Shown here one piece after another: positions 1 to 14,841 of a stretch of 64,000 bases of DNA. The notes under the pieces were generated by a model, which was not told where the DNA came from, did no database searches, and saw only the letters and a list, made by a program, of their open reading frames with translations. Numbering within the stretch: position 1 is the first letter of the stretch; each line of letters begins with the position of its first letter. Source of the stretch: Octopus vulgaris (lineage: Eukaryota); NCBI GenBank assembly GCA_951406725.2, contig OX597837.1, forward strand, positions 12,028,001-12,092,000, given 5' to 3'. The position numbers and the translations under genes are program-made.

Positions 1-561
1 TCCGTCCGTCCGTCCGTCCGTCGGTTCATCCAAATGTCAATCTCTTATTCCAAATATACATTATCCATATATACATTAACACATTATATTAGACATAAAC
101 AAACAAACACACACATATATTTTATACATCAATTCCTTATCAATCCATCAATCCACCATCCAAACATCCGCCATTCTATCCTTTGGGAATATACACTCAT
201 GATGTGAAAGAAACAATAGATATCTGTATGCAAGCGCATGTATATACATATATATACATCTGTAACATAGACAAATACTGGTATATCAAATACCGTATAA
301 AATAAATTCTTGGCATATTAAAATAACCCCCACTTCTAGAGGATGTGTCATAAGAATTCTCCAAAGCTGACATGCCACTGAGGAAAAGGATAAGCTTATT
401 GTTTGGAGATAAGGGGACAGTCATGGACATCTCTTTCTGCCTCAATAGGTGTTGTCAGCATGACGATTTTCCTACCTTATCTCCAGTAGCCAAGGGTCTG
501 AGATATATATATATGTATATATATATATGTATGCAAAAAGAGTAGAACTCAGACACATATG

Positions 562-616
<55 letters not shown>

Positions 617-683
617 ATCTGTGTGTTTGTATTTGAGTCTATTTTTGTGTGAGACTTTGTGTCTGTATGTAAACTTTTATGCA

Positions 684-714
<31 letters not shown>

Positions 715-1573
715 TTGGGGTTTGGAATAATTTGGAGATGAGAATCCATCATGTGTAGAGAATCTGTAGCAACGACCACTGATATCTTGCGATCCATCTT
801 TTTTTTTCCTTTTTATTACATGGGTGATGTTACTCATTATTTTAGTTCAAAAGGGTCATCATATATCTACGTTATTTGGAAAAAAATTTTCAAGAACAAA
901 AAGAGAAAAAATACGTAGTTTTATAAAGTGGGGATTCTACAGTGGAATTATGTAAGAAAAATTAAACAAATTTGACTGATTGTTCCAAGACAGGACAACA
1001 TGGTGTAGATCCGTAAAGGAATTCTACCATCGTATTGTCACAATACGAAAAGTAGGAATTAAAATGTAAAATATTTGATTGAAAATTGTTCTAGGGTGTT
1101 ATTATTGTCCAGATTATTCCGAAATGATTAAGATCTATTTATGTTAAGATTTAATTTATTGTTACGAAAAGTGGAATAACCATCGAAGACACCAGTCAAG
1201 TAAACATCTCCATTGGGATTTTTTGTTTGTTACAATAGGGGAAAAAAAAAGAGATTTCTGTGTGTGTCTGTGTGTGTTTGGTGAGGTGTTGTTTTTGTGT
1301 GATTTTGTCTGAGAATTATACATGGAAGATATATAGACATAATTTATATTATCTTTCGTTTAGTTTTTTCATGTGTTCATCTGCTGTTTTTTTTTCACGC
1401 AAAAAACAACAAAAAGAAAAGTAGGGATGTATTTTCCGAGCAAAAAAAAACAACCAACAACAACAACAACAACAACAAGAGAAAAAATGAAAGATTGTCT
1501 ATTTTCTAATGATTATGAGAAATGAAACGAGAAAGAGAAATGAACAAACAGCTGGAGAAACTATTACAATCAT

Positions 1574-1606
<33 letters not shown>

Positions 1607-1621
1607 CATACATATATATAA

Positions 1622-1658
<37 letters not shown>

Positions 1659-1849
1659 CACATATACATGTGTGTGTGTGAATGGCATAATATTTGGGGA
1701 AATCGGGAGTCGGGTGGATTGGGTTAGTGGTTGGTGATAAGGTAGGTGGGTAGGTGTTGAATTTTTGGAAGCGATATGAGTTTTTCAGATTCACCTCTGA
1801 CCCTTCTGGGCCTTACAAGAAATAAGCTGTATGCCAGTCATGGCAGTTA

Positions 1850-1882
<33 letters not shown>

Positions 1883-2401
1883 ATACATACACGTGCACAC
1901 GAGGAGATGCAAAGTTCTATTTGGGTTGGAGGGAATTATTTTTCAAGATTTTAACGTATTTAAAAAAAAAAAAAAAAATTCATCAATTTTAATGATATCA
2001 TCACCATCATCATCATCGTCCTGATCTACATTATTATGTTATACACACGTTTGTCTGTATGTATATGTGAGTGTTAATGGACAATGGAGATAGAAAGTGA
2101 GTCGATGGGGGTGACAGGTCGAGAAACTGACACAAAGTTTGATAGAGACAGAAGGATAACTAGAAAGGTAGACAGATATAGAGAAGAGGATTTTAATGTG
2201 ATTAACATTAGGGCTGAGACCTTAATGGTTTAATTATCGCTCATCAAATGCAGCCAATAGTGCATCTACGCACACATACATATATACACACATACACATT
2301 CACAAACAGTTCGTGTTGGTTGGCCTGAGGCTTTTGTAGAAGAAACTAAACTCAAAATCCACATGGTTGTAACGCAACCTTCTTAACTACGCAATATCAT
2401 A

Positions 2402-2612
2402 ATCATCATCGTTTAAAGTCCGCTTTCTATGCTGGCATGGGTTGGATGGTTTGGCTGAGGATTAGCAAGCCAGGAAGCTGCACCAGGCTCCAATCTGATC
2501 TGGCAAGGTTTCTACGGCTGGATGCCCTTCTTCCTAACGCTGACCACTCCAAGAGTGTAGTGGGTGCTTTTTATGTGCCACCGGCACGGGAGCCAGTCAT
2601 GTGGCACTGGCA
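2402..2612 (-). mobile_element. SINE family 5, 3' part (V-domain-like body, (ATG)n tail); tail fragment also at ~13070-13150 +
   Basis: Minus strand has gaagggcatccagccgtagaaacc and ends gcggactttaaacgatgatgat. Confidence 0.6.
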
Positions 2613-2679
2613 ACAACCCATATATATATATATATATATACTGACAGATAGATAAATATAGAGAGATAGATGTATACAC

Positions 2680-2722
<43 letters not shown>

Positions 2723-3985
2723 AACACACACAAAGTCTTTTGATATGTTCTAGAAAACCAAAACAGAAAAAAATAACCCCAAAATATGCGATGAACAATA
2801 AATAAATAAATAAATAAACGAATGACAGAATGACAGAATGACGGAATGACGGAATGAAATTCCTCACAGAATATTTTCGGATTGTCAAAGTGTTTGACGT
2901 GAGGAATGAAATAGCAACAATATCGGGTTTCTCTTTCTCTCCCTCTTCCTCCCTCCTTACTAGTTCCAATCCCCAGACCTCGTTTCCCCACCACGACCAC
3001 CACCGAAGAGCAAGCAAACAAACAAACAGAGGTAATACTTCCTGTTCAGCAAGTTATACAAATATCTGGCGTCAGTGGGATAAGGGGATAAGGGGTTCGT
3101 CCTAACCAGCTATGTCAAATATGCCTTAACCCTTTTTTTATCCGATTCGTCTTAGGGAATGACCGACCGACCGGCTTGTCTCCACCCCCTCCTCGCTCCT
3201 TGCGTGGTGGTGGTGGTGGTGGGAGCATGGTTATGGGGAAGCAGGCTGGGTTTGAAACGTGTACTGGTAACATATAAAGTGTGTGTGTGTGTGTGTGTAA
3301 ATAAAGGGTCGAAGTGATGGTAATAAAGGTGTGAAAAATGGGGCGATGGGGTGAGCGATGGTGGAAAATGAAGAAGTAAAGGGTTGGTTTGTTTTCTTTC
3401 TTTTTTGAAGATGGTGTCGGCGTAGGAGATGTTTGAGGTGGGTGCAATGAAAGAAAGAGAGGTGGGGGGGGGGGTTGAAGAAGAGGGGTAGTATGAGGGA
3501 TAGGGGAAAGAGAAATGTGCACATCTACCTCTGTATCTATCTATCTATTTACCTGCCTACCTGTCTATCTATTTACCTGTCTACCTACCTATCTATCTAT
3601 CTTTGTGTGTGTGTGTGTGATCAATAGAGAATCAACCAACCAGCAGTTGAGAAATCCCTATCTATATTGTCCTCCTCTTCCTTCTCCTCATCATCATCAA
3701 CATCATCATCGTTGGTGTTGACGTGGCAGGGATTTGAACTCAGAACCTACGAGAGCCAAAAGAAATACAGCAAGGCACTGTAACGATCCCGCCAATCCAC
3801 CGCCCCCAAAATAATATTAATAATAATAATAATAACAAAAACTTATTGTTTAAGTTCACAAATTTTCTTTTTTGGGTGTGGGGTACAGGATGAGGAGGGG
3901 GTTGATAATACAACGTCCCCACCCCAAGTATATGAATGGTACTTATGTTATCAACCTGAGAAAGATGTGAATCCACTGCCCTTTG

Positions 3986-4018
<33 letters not shown>

Positions 4019-4909
4019 TTGATGGGAATAATTCAAAAGTTCTTCCGAGTTATATAGTCAACAGCAGTTTGAAAGAAAGGAACATGCACACACACACACG
4101 GAATCCTCACCAACAACTTAAGATCAATTTCCTGACATTTTTCCAAGAATGCCGGTTCAATATCACAGAATTGCAGGATTATAATCCAGATAAAAAAGGG
4201 AATATTATTATTATTATTCATTTTTGTTTCTTGAGCAAATCTGATCCCGGATTTTCTAGATTTCCCAGCGTAGAAAGAAATTAGTGGGGGGGAAAAAAAG
4301 TTTTTTTTTAATGAATATATTGGTAAATTTGACATGGTATAAATTTGAGCATTTCCAAATGTAATTTTTTTTTAAGGGGAAAAAAAAATTTTTTTAAGGA
4401 AAAAAAATTTTTTTTAAGGAAAAAGAATTTTTTTAATTGTTTCCTAATATTGAAAAAACATATAATTTCAATTTATATATTTATATATGTATATATATAT
4501 ATATTGGTCAATTTTATATATATTATGAAATAATAATGAATATTGATAATGATTTATATAACAAAGCCATAATGAAACAAATTATTTGGTTTGTTTTACG
4601 GTTTTTTTTTTTCTGATTTCGGATGGAGGGTGGGTGGATATTTGATTAAATTGAACTTTGATATATATTCAACCGGTATTTTATTTTAATAAAGTCCCCA
4701 CCGTTCGGTCATTAAAAAAAAAAAAAAAATGCGTGGGGTTGGGAGGGGGCGCAAGTGCCCCACCCCCACCCTGCTGGTGGTGGTATTTGAACTCAGAACA
4801 TATAGAGTGAGGCGTAACTTAACACCAGCAAGTGATTTTTTGTGCAATGCTCGCTCGACTACTACTTCAGCTAATCCACGACTTTTTCTGATGTGGCGGA
4901 TATTACAGT

Positions 4910-4982
<73 letters not shown>

Positions 4983-6501
4983 GTTGTGAGATATTTTGTA
5001 GTGGGTATCAAGATATCCACTTAGTGGTGAGTAAATGTGTGATATAAACGATATAAAGATGTTTGATAAACACCAAATGCTCGTGGTTGCTGATGGCAGC
5101 CTTCAAACACACAGAGCCTGAAATCTGACTTGGGGCTCTCTCTCTCATCCAAAAGCTAAGCTGACCCAAGCAAAAGCTAGCCCAGATCAAGCAGACCAAT
5201 GATTAGAGGCTTTCCTGCCTTGACCATCCTGTCTTTTAAGCAGTATACATGTATACAGGACTACATCGTCTAATTCAAGGTATGATGAAAAGTCATGAAG
5301 GGTGTGATTTATTTCGACTGCATGGAGGCCCCCTCAAGGGCTCGGTTGAGCGAATGTAGGCAGACTTTGATGTCATGGAAGTGAATATTACAACTGTTTC
5401 TTCTGATGTCCGTCACCCTGTAATATAGACAGATGTTGTCCTAGCGACAGTATACAAATCTCACATGAGGATAACAAATTAACGACGAATGAGCCTTATA
5501 TAGCAGCACTGGGTGAGAAAAGAAACCTCGTAGCGGTTTCTCGTCATTGTTCATAAGTCATGATTAACGCTCATTGTATAATCGTAATAGCTTATATAGA
5601 CAGCAGCCAAATATATACATCCATCTACTACATATATATATATATATACATATCTAATCATGTCAAAGGGAAATGGAATTTAATTAAAATCAAAGCATTC
5701 AATCAAAATTTACATTTCCAGTGGCCTAACGTGCAAAAAAAAAATTGGTCAAGAAGACTATATATTAGTCATACGATATAGTGTATATTTAAACACATAA
5801 GGACTCCACTTACAGGGAATTCAGCACGCTAGAAAGAACAGCTAGGTTCTGTAAACCACAAAAATAACGGATAAAATTCGACAGGAATAAATTTGGAAGA
5901 TGGTAAATGTTTTTCATTTCCAAATATATATATACATATATATACATAATCACGAGTAGATGCGTGAAGCGGTGGATGCAAAGAATATGAACTTGAGACA
6001 AAACCAAGAATGTTTGAGAGACATTTGAAACTTTCTCCAAGACAAAATACTGTGAAACGCCTCTACAGATATAAATGTATCTCTAACATACTTGAATTGG
6101 TCTTAAGGTTATATATACATACATAAGGTGTGTATATATATATATATATATATATAAATATATCATATGGGTGACATGAATTCACAACCCAAGTACATAT
6201 ACAACATAAAGGTGTAGTGCTGATGTATATATATATGTGTGTGTGTGTGTGCATGCGTCGGTACATTGCACAAGTATCATAGCAATTATGGCCACGTTTC
6301 GGCAAAATAAATAACATGAAGTGATATCCTGATAACCCAGTGCTTCTATCATGTGGCAGGATACGGACATTGTAGCTTTGTTGTGTATATATACAAAGAG
6401 GTGTAGATAGTGCTTACGATGCCATAAGAATAATATCCGACATCACATACATGCAGTTGCATATATATACATATATTATAATTATCAAGTACTCACCCCG
6501 A

Positions 6502-6580
<79 letters not shown>

Positions 6581-8321
6581 TGTATTTATATTTATCTCAT
6601 AAAGGCAGTGTATAAGCAGCAGAGTTACCAGTTACTACACCATCTAGAAATATCAGTATATGTGTCTATATATATATATGTATATATATATTATGGACAT
6701 CCTTGCCACAAATATATAAAGAGATGTCAATAACTTATGCAATAAAGATTGTCATATCAAAACATTGAATTTTGGACCAACACAACGAAGCCATATGGAT
6801 ATCATTATTATCAATATGATTATTATTATTATTAAAATTGTGTTTGAAGACAGGTTCATGTGTCTAATATCTCAGGTGTCAATTCAAATATAATCCACAT
6901 AGAGATTTACAGTGAATACACCTGGTTATATATTATGCTTATATTATATCATATTGGTGCTTATAATGAATCTTGATCGATATGAAGATCGATATTATAG
7001 ACAAAGAGTCTATACCCCTAAAATGTTTATATACAATATATTCTTTACTATTCTTCTGCTGGTTTCAGCCCTTCGACTCTGGTTATACTGGGGGTACTTT
7101 CCCCTATGGTACCCCAGTTAGTTATATCTTTCTTCTTATTAAGCTTTTTTCATTTTATGGACCTCCCACAACTATTATTACTAAAGCTTTTAACCATTTC
7201 CATAAATCATGTTTCTAACGGTAAATATTTAAGTTCTAAGTTTTCGAATACTAATTTTGAAAACAATTATGAATTTCCAGAGATTTAATAAATTAAAATA
7301 AAGATACCTAACATTTTTCATCAATTTGGTTTAACGAATGCTTCTTTCATAAAAATTATGACAGAAGTTTTTTTAAGTTTCTTTCCCGTTTAGTATGAAA
7401 AACTTTCCAAACGGATGGTTTTGTTACCAAAGAATGCGAGATAGCTTCCGGCTATTTTCGTATCCAAATGGTTTTATGATTGTCAATATCGTTTCAAGAA
7501 CATTCCGACCATATATTGGACATTTTTTTTCTTTTGGAATTCAAGGGCTGGGCAGAAGGGCTTTGAGGGGAAAGAAAAGGGTGGAACAGTTTTTTACACT
7601 GGTTGTGTAGAGAGAACGTAAATTTTACTGAATCCGCAGAAATAATTTCATATTATATTTGATTGTGACTCGTTTGTAATGAACATTGGTAATTAGTTAA
7701 ATCTTCTCATGGTACCATCTAACATGTATAATGCATGCATCATCATTCCTTCATGTTTTTTGATTTGCATTATTGAATTCATTAACGAAGAATGGTATTT
7801 GGTATTCAGTACTATTGTGGGGCTATGAGAACATTCAACCAACACATAATTATTTCACTGGACCAATATACCAAGGAGATATTTATATATATATATACAC
7901 ACATATATATATACATTTATTTGATATCAAGCCTCATATCTGTACAGTTCTGATCCTAATGCTTACATGCACACACATGTGAGGGCTTACAAATTTCTGG
8001 TTTGGTACCCAGGTGTGTGCACATGGTAACTTTCTGACTGGCCATAACGAACTACTACATACAATACAGGTTTACAATTTTGGCAAAAAGCCAGCAATTT
8101 CGTTGGGGTTGGTGGGAAAGGGGGCTAAGTTAGTTACATCGACCCCACCCAGTGCTCAAATGGTACCTATTTCCAAAAAGTGTGGCTGGTCCTACATAAT
8201 CTTTCTCCACCGTTGAAGACAAATCATCCCTAAGGATATTCTAATGACTATAACACAGGCTATTGGGCCTTCATATATCAAAACCGATGGGTGAAGAATT
8301 TCTCTATCTATCTATTTATCT

Positions 8322-8620
8322 TAGTGGTTAGGGCATTTGGCTCATGATTTGTAAGGTTGTGAGTTCAATTCCTGGTGGCTCATTGTGTCCTTGAGCAAGA
8401 CACTTTATTTCATGTTGCTCCAGTCCATTCAGCTGGCAAAAATTAGTTGTACCTGTATTTCAAAGGGCTCTGTGTCACGCTGAATCTCCCTGAGAACTAT
8501 GTTAGGGGTAAGTATGTCTGTGGATTGCTCAGCCAGTTGCACGTTAATTTCACAAGCAGGCTGTTCTGTAGATCGTATCAGCTGGGACCCTCGTCGTCGT
8601 AACCGACGGAGTGCTCCCCT
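8322..8620 (+). mobile_element. tRNA-derived SINE family 3 (fragments at 23488-23645 + and a similar head at 27286-27359 -)
   Basis: agtggttagggc...gagttcaattcc head, tgtgtccttgagcaagacactt CORE-like block; body shared with 23488-23645. Confidence 0.72.
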
Positions 8621-8816
8621 TTTTTTTTTATATATATATTTATATGTACATTCACACATGCATACACACACGTAACGGGTAAGAAGAACTAATATTTGTT
8701 TTTTGGTAAACATATATTGAAACAAACATTAGCCAAATTTGTTGTGGTCCAACAGCCTCAAAAAAGCTTTCCTTAGTTCTTGGTTGCTCAGAATGTGTAT
8801 AATCTTTCCAAGAATG

Positions 8817-8847
<31 letters not shown>

Positions 8848-9219
8848 ATATGCATTAGTTAGCAGTGTTCTCGACATGTCATAGGGCCATTAAGAGACAG
8901 GTAAGGAAGCTGGAGGGAGGAAAATGTCCTTCTTTGGGAAAATTGGCCTAAATGCTTGCACCGAAGGAGCCCCGGTGCTGGTTTGGAATTAAACCAGTGG
9001 GGTGACTAGTTGAGGCTTCTGCCCGAGAAATATATATATACGGCCAGAATGGACATAATTTGTGACACAACACCACACAATTGTGAAACTCTAATGTGAA
9101 AGCGGTCAAGTGTATTCCTATATTTTAAAATATAATTAAATTCTAATTAATTGTAATATATTCTCTGTGTATTTTCAACTTCGTTACTTCTATTCCTCCA
9201 CCTGTTTGGATAAACAATT

Positions 9220-9277
<58 letters not shown>

Positions 9278-9405
9278 CATATATATATATACATATATAT
9301 ATATATACACACACACACATATAAATACATACACATTTTTCTAACATCCACCTCTCAATTAAAAAGCATACATATGTTTAATAAATATATGTATATTAAA
9401 TGATT

Positions 9406-9482
<77 letters not shown>

Positions 9483-9544
9483 TGGGGGTTAAGTTCGTCA
9501 ATTAACCTGCTGATAGATTTTACCTTGAATTCTTCATCAGGCAA

Positions 9545-9850
9545 ATGTGACTGGACAGAGTGGTGCCACACTAGACAGTGGGGTGCGATACTGGACAGTG
9601 AGGGTCGCTTGGACAGTGGAGCGTGATGACACTGGACACGTGTGAGTGAATAGTGGAATGTGATGCTGGACAGTGTGGAGTGCGTGTGTGGACAGTGCTG
9701 CGTGGACACAATGGACACGTGAGTGGACAGTGGTGTGTGATACGGGACGGTGAGTGCGGCTGCAGCGACAGTAAGTGGAGTGAGTGGACACGTGTGATGG
9801 TGTGGTTTGATTTGGACAGCAAATAGAACTGGACAATGCGTATCACTGGT
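9545..9850. repeat. Degenerate minisatellite built on (t)ggacagtg / ggacacgtg units
   Basis: About ten ggaca-centred units. Confidence 0.7.
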
Positions 9851-9908
9851 GTGAGAGAAAAAAAACATAAAAGTTATCATGTGTGAGAGAGAAAGAGAGA
9901 GGGAGAGA

Positions 9909-9965
<57 letters not shown>

Positions 9966-10165
9966 TCATTCAAAGTAGAATTATGGCGAAGATACAAGGA
10001 CTCTAATTTAATGATGATGATGATGATGATGGCAGGGTAACAGTAATGACAAGGGTAACAGTGGTATTAGTAGTAATAGTAGTAGTAGTACTAGAAGTTA
10101 ACAATTTAACTAACAATAATAATAATAATAATGATGATGATGATGATGATGATGATAATAATAAT

Positions 10166-10375
10166 CCTTTCAACCGGAGGCCTCAGATTTGTGGGGTGAG
10201 GACTAGTCAATTATATTGACCCCAGTGTTTCACTGGTACTTAATTTATCGACCCCCGAAAGGATGAAAGGCAAAGTTGACCTTGGTGGAATTTGAACTCA
10301 GAATGATGTAGCAATGGGTGAAATACCGCTAAGCATTTCGTCCAACATGCTAACGATTCTGCCAGCTCACCCACC
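10166..10375 (-). mobile_element. SINE family 2
   Basis: Colinear with 17474-17722. Confidence 0.8.
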
Positions 10376-11560
10376 TTAATAAAGCTGTTATCTCGTTTCA
10401 GTTTGTAAGCTGTAGCCATGCTGGAGCAACCACCATGATCATCAGTGTCACAGCGGCAAATGATGGATGAAGGTGACACTGCTATTATGATGATGATGAT
10501 GATGATAATGACGATGATGATGATGATGATGATGATGAAGATGATGATGATGATAACAACAGTGATAATGATGATGTTTTCTTTCGAATAAACGGAAAGA
10601 TTAATTATCTTTCATTCTTTCTTTTTCTTTTTCTAGGGTGTGGTCGCCAAAGAAGGAAGGTTCTGATGAATATATTAGATTGATCCCGAATATAATAATG
10701 CTGGCGAATTAGAAATTACTTTATCAATTTCGTTTTGCCTAGTTCCAAAGTATTACGTTTTTTTAACGTAATATGTCTATAAAGGGATTTTGGCTTTCCA
10801 GATTTATACATACATTATATTATATAGATAAACATTTAACTTTAAAGCCTGCATCTATAACTTGAATTATATATATATATATATACGCAGATAATATTTG
10901 AAGTCACTTTGACATGACTGTCTGTTCAAGTGGAATGTACTGTGATTTTTTAACCCCGAGAGGACATCTCCTCTAGCTGGTTGACAATTCACAGCTGCCT
11001 CCGATAAAATTGCGATTTAGGAAGCAAAACCCTAGACCGTCTTCTAACGATGGTACCAGTAGACCAGTCCTGGTTTCAGACTGTTTCTGTCACTCCTCAG
11101 TACTGGACACTTCGTCCGCTAGAAATGATAGCAGCTCACTTCTGCACGCAATATATTTCAAGTGAACACAGTCACTGATTTTGCAACAAGCAAAAATGCT
11201 ACTTCTAAAATCTCTCATATATATACATATATATATATATAAAATGATAATGATATATCTATACGTAAATATGTGTGTATGTATGTATAACGCTTTGTGT
11301 TTTAAGAAAGTAACAGAAAAGAAGACAAGTGTGATGTTTATAATGAAAAATTTTTCTATCATCATCATCATCATCATCATCATCACTATCCTCGTTGTCA
11401 TCATCATCATCATCATCATGTTGGTCATTCCTTCATGCGCTCGTCTTTTGTTGTTGTTGTTGTTGTTGTTTTAGACGTGTCTTACAAAAGTAAGGTACTC
11501 TTTCTCATGAACGAACACCCACCGAGTGCATTTCTTGCTCTCCCAGGATAGATTGGCGCC

Positions 11561-11598
<38 letters not shown>

Positions 11599-12199
11599 CT
11601 CCCTTGGACGTGCACTCGCACAGTTAAGAGATCGACATTTATGCCAACGCACCGATTGACACGCACACATTTCGTGAGATCACAAGCCCCAACACACACA
11701 CACGTATAATATATACATATATACACCCACATCTCATTGTCGTTTTTTTTCTTAACGCACCCACATCCACATTTTACGCAGCTAACATGCGCAATGCACG
11801 TACGTGCATACCACACACACACACAAAATTATTTGTATGTACACGTATACCAAACGCATGGTATATCTATAATAATATCTGTATGTAGGCAGCGGGTGCA
11901 CCTGATTTGATATGCACGTGCAACAAGCACCGGCATACACACACACACACACACAGGTGTGCACACACATATATACATACATTAATCAACGTGAGTCTGT
12001 TTTCCTTCTCCTCGAGGCCATACTGTAGCAGTAACGGCAGCAGCAACAGCAGCAGTAGTTGTAGTAGTAGTAGTAGTAGTTATGGTACTAAAATTGGTAG
12101 TTGTAGTAGTAGTGGTGGTAGTAGTAGAAGACATAGCTGTAGCAGAACACAGTAGTAATAGTAGTAGTAGTAGTAGTAGTAGTAGTTGTAGTAATTCCT

Positions 12200-12355
12200 C
12201 TAGTGATGTGTGCTGTGTGTATTGTCCGTCCTCGTGGAGAGAATGTGACCGGCGTTTAAGATTGAATTGATGTGCATCACGAGCACATGGTGGGCAGCAT
12301 GAGGGTCCTTTAGGGTGTTACCAAACATGGACATCGTCTGTAGCGCTATGTTGGC
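12200..12355 (-). CDS. PLAAT: Predicted terminal coding exon of the PLAAT-like gene (51 aa + stop)
   Basis: Strong acceptor ttttcattctttattttccAG followed in phase 0 by ANIALQTMSMFGNTLKDPHAAHH...STHH*. Splicing gives WSDQ|ANIAL, paralleling the SEQANRAI stretch of vertebrate PLAAT1 (recalled, not aligned). Non-repetitive sequence. Confidence 0.7.
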   Translation of the reverse strand, partial: ANIALQTMSMFGNTLKDPHAAHHVLVMHINSILNAGHILSTRTDNTHSTHH

Positions 12356-12403
12356 CTGGAAAATAAAGAATGAAAAGATTAATATATATATGTATATATA
12401 TAT

Positions 12404-12621
12404 AAAGTTAATCCAAACATGAAAACACAAAGAGAAAACACAACAACGCGAGGACGTGGAACAAATATAGTATTATTGGATGCCCAGGAAGGAAGGGGAA
12501 AAGGAGGGTTTAACGTTTCGAGCGGAGCTCTTCATCGGAAACATAGGAGAAGGAAAGATCCAGAGAAGGGAAGACAGAGGAAAAAAAATCGCCAACGGTA
12601 CACACGAGGTCACATTTTGAA
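12404..12621 (-). mobile_element. ~215 bp hammerhead-bearing non-autonomous element (family A) in (TA)n
   Basis: Reverse complement of 58299-58502 with matching termini, related to 59936-60133, flanked on both sides by (TA)n. Confidence 0.75.
12508..12542 (-). ncRNA. Minimal hammerhead motif, U4C variant (family A)
   Basis: GUUU-CCGAUGA-A-GAGC(ucc)GCUC-GAAA-CG-UU-AAAC; stems I and II are perfect, stem III is the palindrome AACGUU. Confidence 0.68.
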
Positions 12622-13492
12622 TATATATATATATATATGTGTGTGTGTGTATATGTATAGATATATGTATATATATATATGTATATTTTAAATTTTTGTA
12701 ATTATGAGTATAATAAAAATTGGGGTTCAGCAAAAAATTTGCTTCACCACATACTGAAATTTAGAAATAGCAGCCAAGACTAGCTATTTCTCAACCATAA
12801 GAAAATGTCCCAGACAACAATACTCAACAACTCATGTAAGCAAAAAGAAAAAATAATGAATTCACTCGGCTTAGATTAACTGTGGGCGCGTTTCAGAGTT
12901 AGACAGATATGAAAAATGCAAAAACCATATGTGTGTATATATGTATATATATATAGTGAGAAAGAGAAACAGAGAGAGAGAGCAAGAGAGAGAAAAAGAT
13001 AGGGGGTGAAATCAATACAGACATTTTGCATGTTATACATCAACATTTTAAGGTCCACTCAAAACAGACTATGGAACCTGGTGTGGGCCCCTGGACCTTG
13101 CCAGTTCCTGCCAAATTGTCCAACTCAGGTCAGCATGGAAAATGGATGCTAACCCTTTCGTTACCAACCCACTCGAAAAGGGTTCTGTCTCTAGTACAAT
13201 TTTTTGCAATTTACTTAATCATTGACATTTTATTGTTATATTAATTTTAATATTTCTATTTTATGTAAATTTCTAGATGGTGTAATTTATTTGTTCCTTT
13301 TGAATTGATAAAAGGTGGGTTTTTTTCTAAGTTATATATACATATATACATATTTATAATATTGTGTGAAATTTGATTTAGTTTTTCTAAATTGAATTTT
13401 TTTCCTTGTAAGTTTGGATTAATATTCCCTCAAATAATAATAATTATATATATATATATGTGTGTGTGTGTATACACACATACATACACAAT

Positions 13493-13782
13493 GGGCTTCT
13501 TTCAGTATCCATTTATCAAAACCACTCAGAAGGCTTTTCTTGGCCCAGGGCTATACTAGAAGACATTTGCCCAAGGTGTCCTGCAGTGGGACTGAGGCTG
13601 AAACCACATAATTGCAAAGCAAGCTTCTTAACCACGGAGCCAAGCTTGCAGGCTTCTTTTCAGTTTTCTTCTCCGAAAATGCACTCACAAGGCTTTGATT
13701 GGCCCCAAGGTGTCCTGCAATGAGAGTGAACCCAGAACCATGTGGCTGGTAAGGAAGCTACTTACCACACAGCCACTCCTAT
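13493..13782 (-). mobile_element. Two tandem SINE family 1 head fragments
   Basis: gggcttctttcag...cccaaggtg...ccacacagccactcct pattern, twice. Confidence 0.7.
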
Positions 13783-13864
13783 ATGTGTGTGTGTGTGTGT
13801 ATGTATGTTTAATTGATTATCATAAGTCAAAAGACCCATCTTATCCTAAACGCACTATCAGACG

Positions 13865-13895
<31 letters not shown>

Positions 13896-14810
13896 ATGCA
13901 TGTGTATGTGTGTGTCCGTATGTCTGTAGTATGGAGAAGGAGATGAACAGTAGAATAGTGAACGTAAACAAGTATAACGATAATAATGATAGGTACTTGT
14001 AAATCTTGTAAACACCCACAAAACCAATTTTCACACACGCATACACACACACACGTACACACACGCACACACAAACACTGCATTGCATATACTCAGACAC
14101 GATCTAATGGTCTCTTTAAATTACCAGAATAATGAGTGTGTGGTGGTGGTGATGGTGGTGATAGCGATGGTGGTAGTGGTGGTGTCGGTGATGGTGGTGG
14201 TGGTGGTGGTGTTGGTGGTGGTGGTGGTGGTGGTGATAATGATGGTGGTAGTGGTGGTGTTGGTGGTGGTGGTTGCGGTGCTGGTTGCGGTAGTAATAAT
14301 GCTCATTATAGCCACGGTGTTGATGATGACGCAGGTGGTGGTGGTGGGGATGGTAATTAAAGGTACGGGTAATTGGTGGTGGTGGTGGCAGTGACGACTG
14401 GGGGGTGGGGTTACTTGGCAGCTTTAACAGCAGTGGTGGCCACAGAGTAAAAAGAGAGAGAAAGAGAGAGAGAGAGAAGGGAAAAAAGAGTGAGTTTTGT
14501 CTACTACAATTATCCAAGGCCATGAATGAGAGCCGCTACCTCGGCCCCAACCATTCATCCCACCCCACATGAAGCTTTCCTCTCGCCCAGCCACCACCCC
14601 TGCCCTCTACGCTGCGTAATATCTCTGACTCAATCAGTGTCAGTCCTACCTGGTCAGTACAGGTGAGTCAACAGGTGAATGATGCTGGTGGTAACAGTGG
14701 TAGTGGTGGTGGTGGTGGTAGAAGTGGTATTGCTGTATTGGTGGTGGTAATGGTGTTGGTGTTGATGGTGGTGTTGGTGGTGGTGGTAGTGGTGTTGTTG
14801 TTATTGTTGT

Positions 14811-14841
<31 letters not shown>

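Noticed and set aside
9500-9545. Minus-strand CUGAUGA
   Set aside because: No downstream stem plus GAAA.
9545-9850. Repeat-spacer-like pattern
   Set aside because: Degenerate eukaryotic minisatellite; no fixed repeat or spacer lengths and no cas genes, so not CRISPR.
10637-10712. Strong + strand acceptor (polypyrimidine-TAG) followed by short frames, plus a CTGATGA
   Set aside because: No partner exons or homology seen; no stem II or GAAA, so not a hammerhead.
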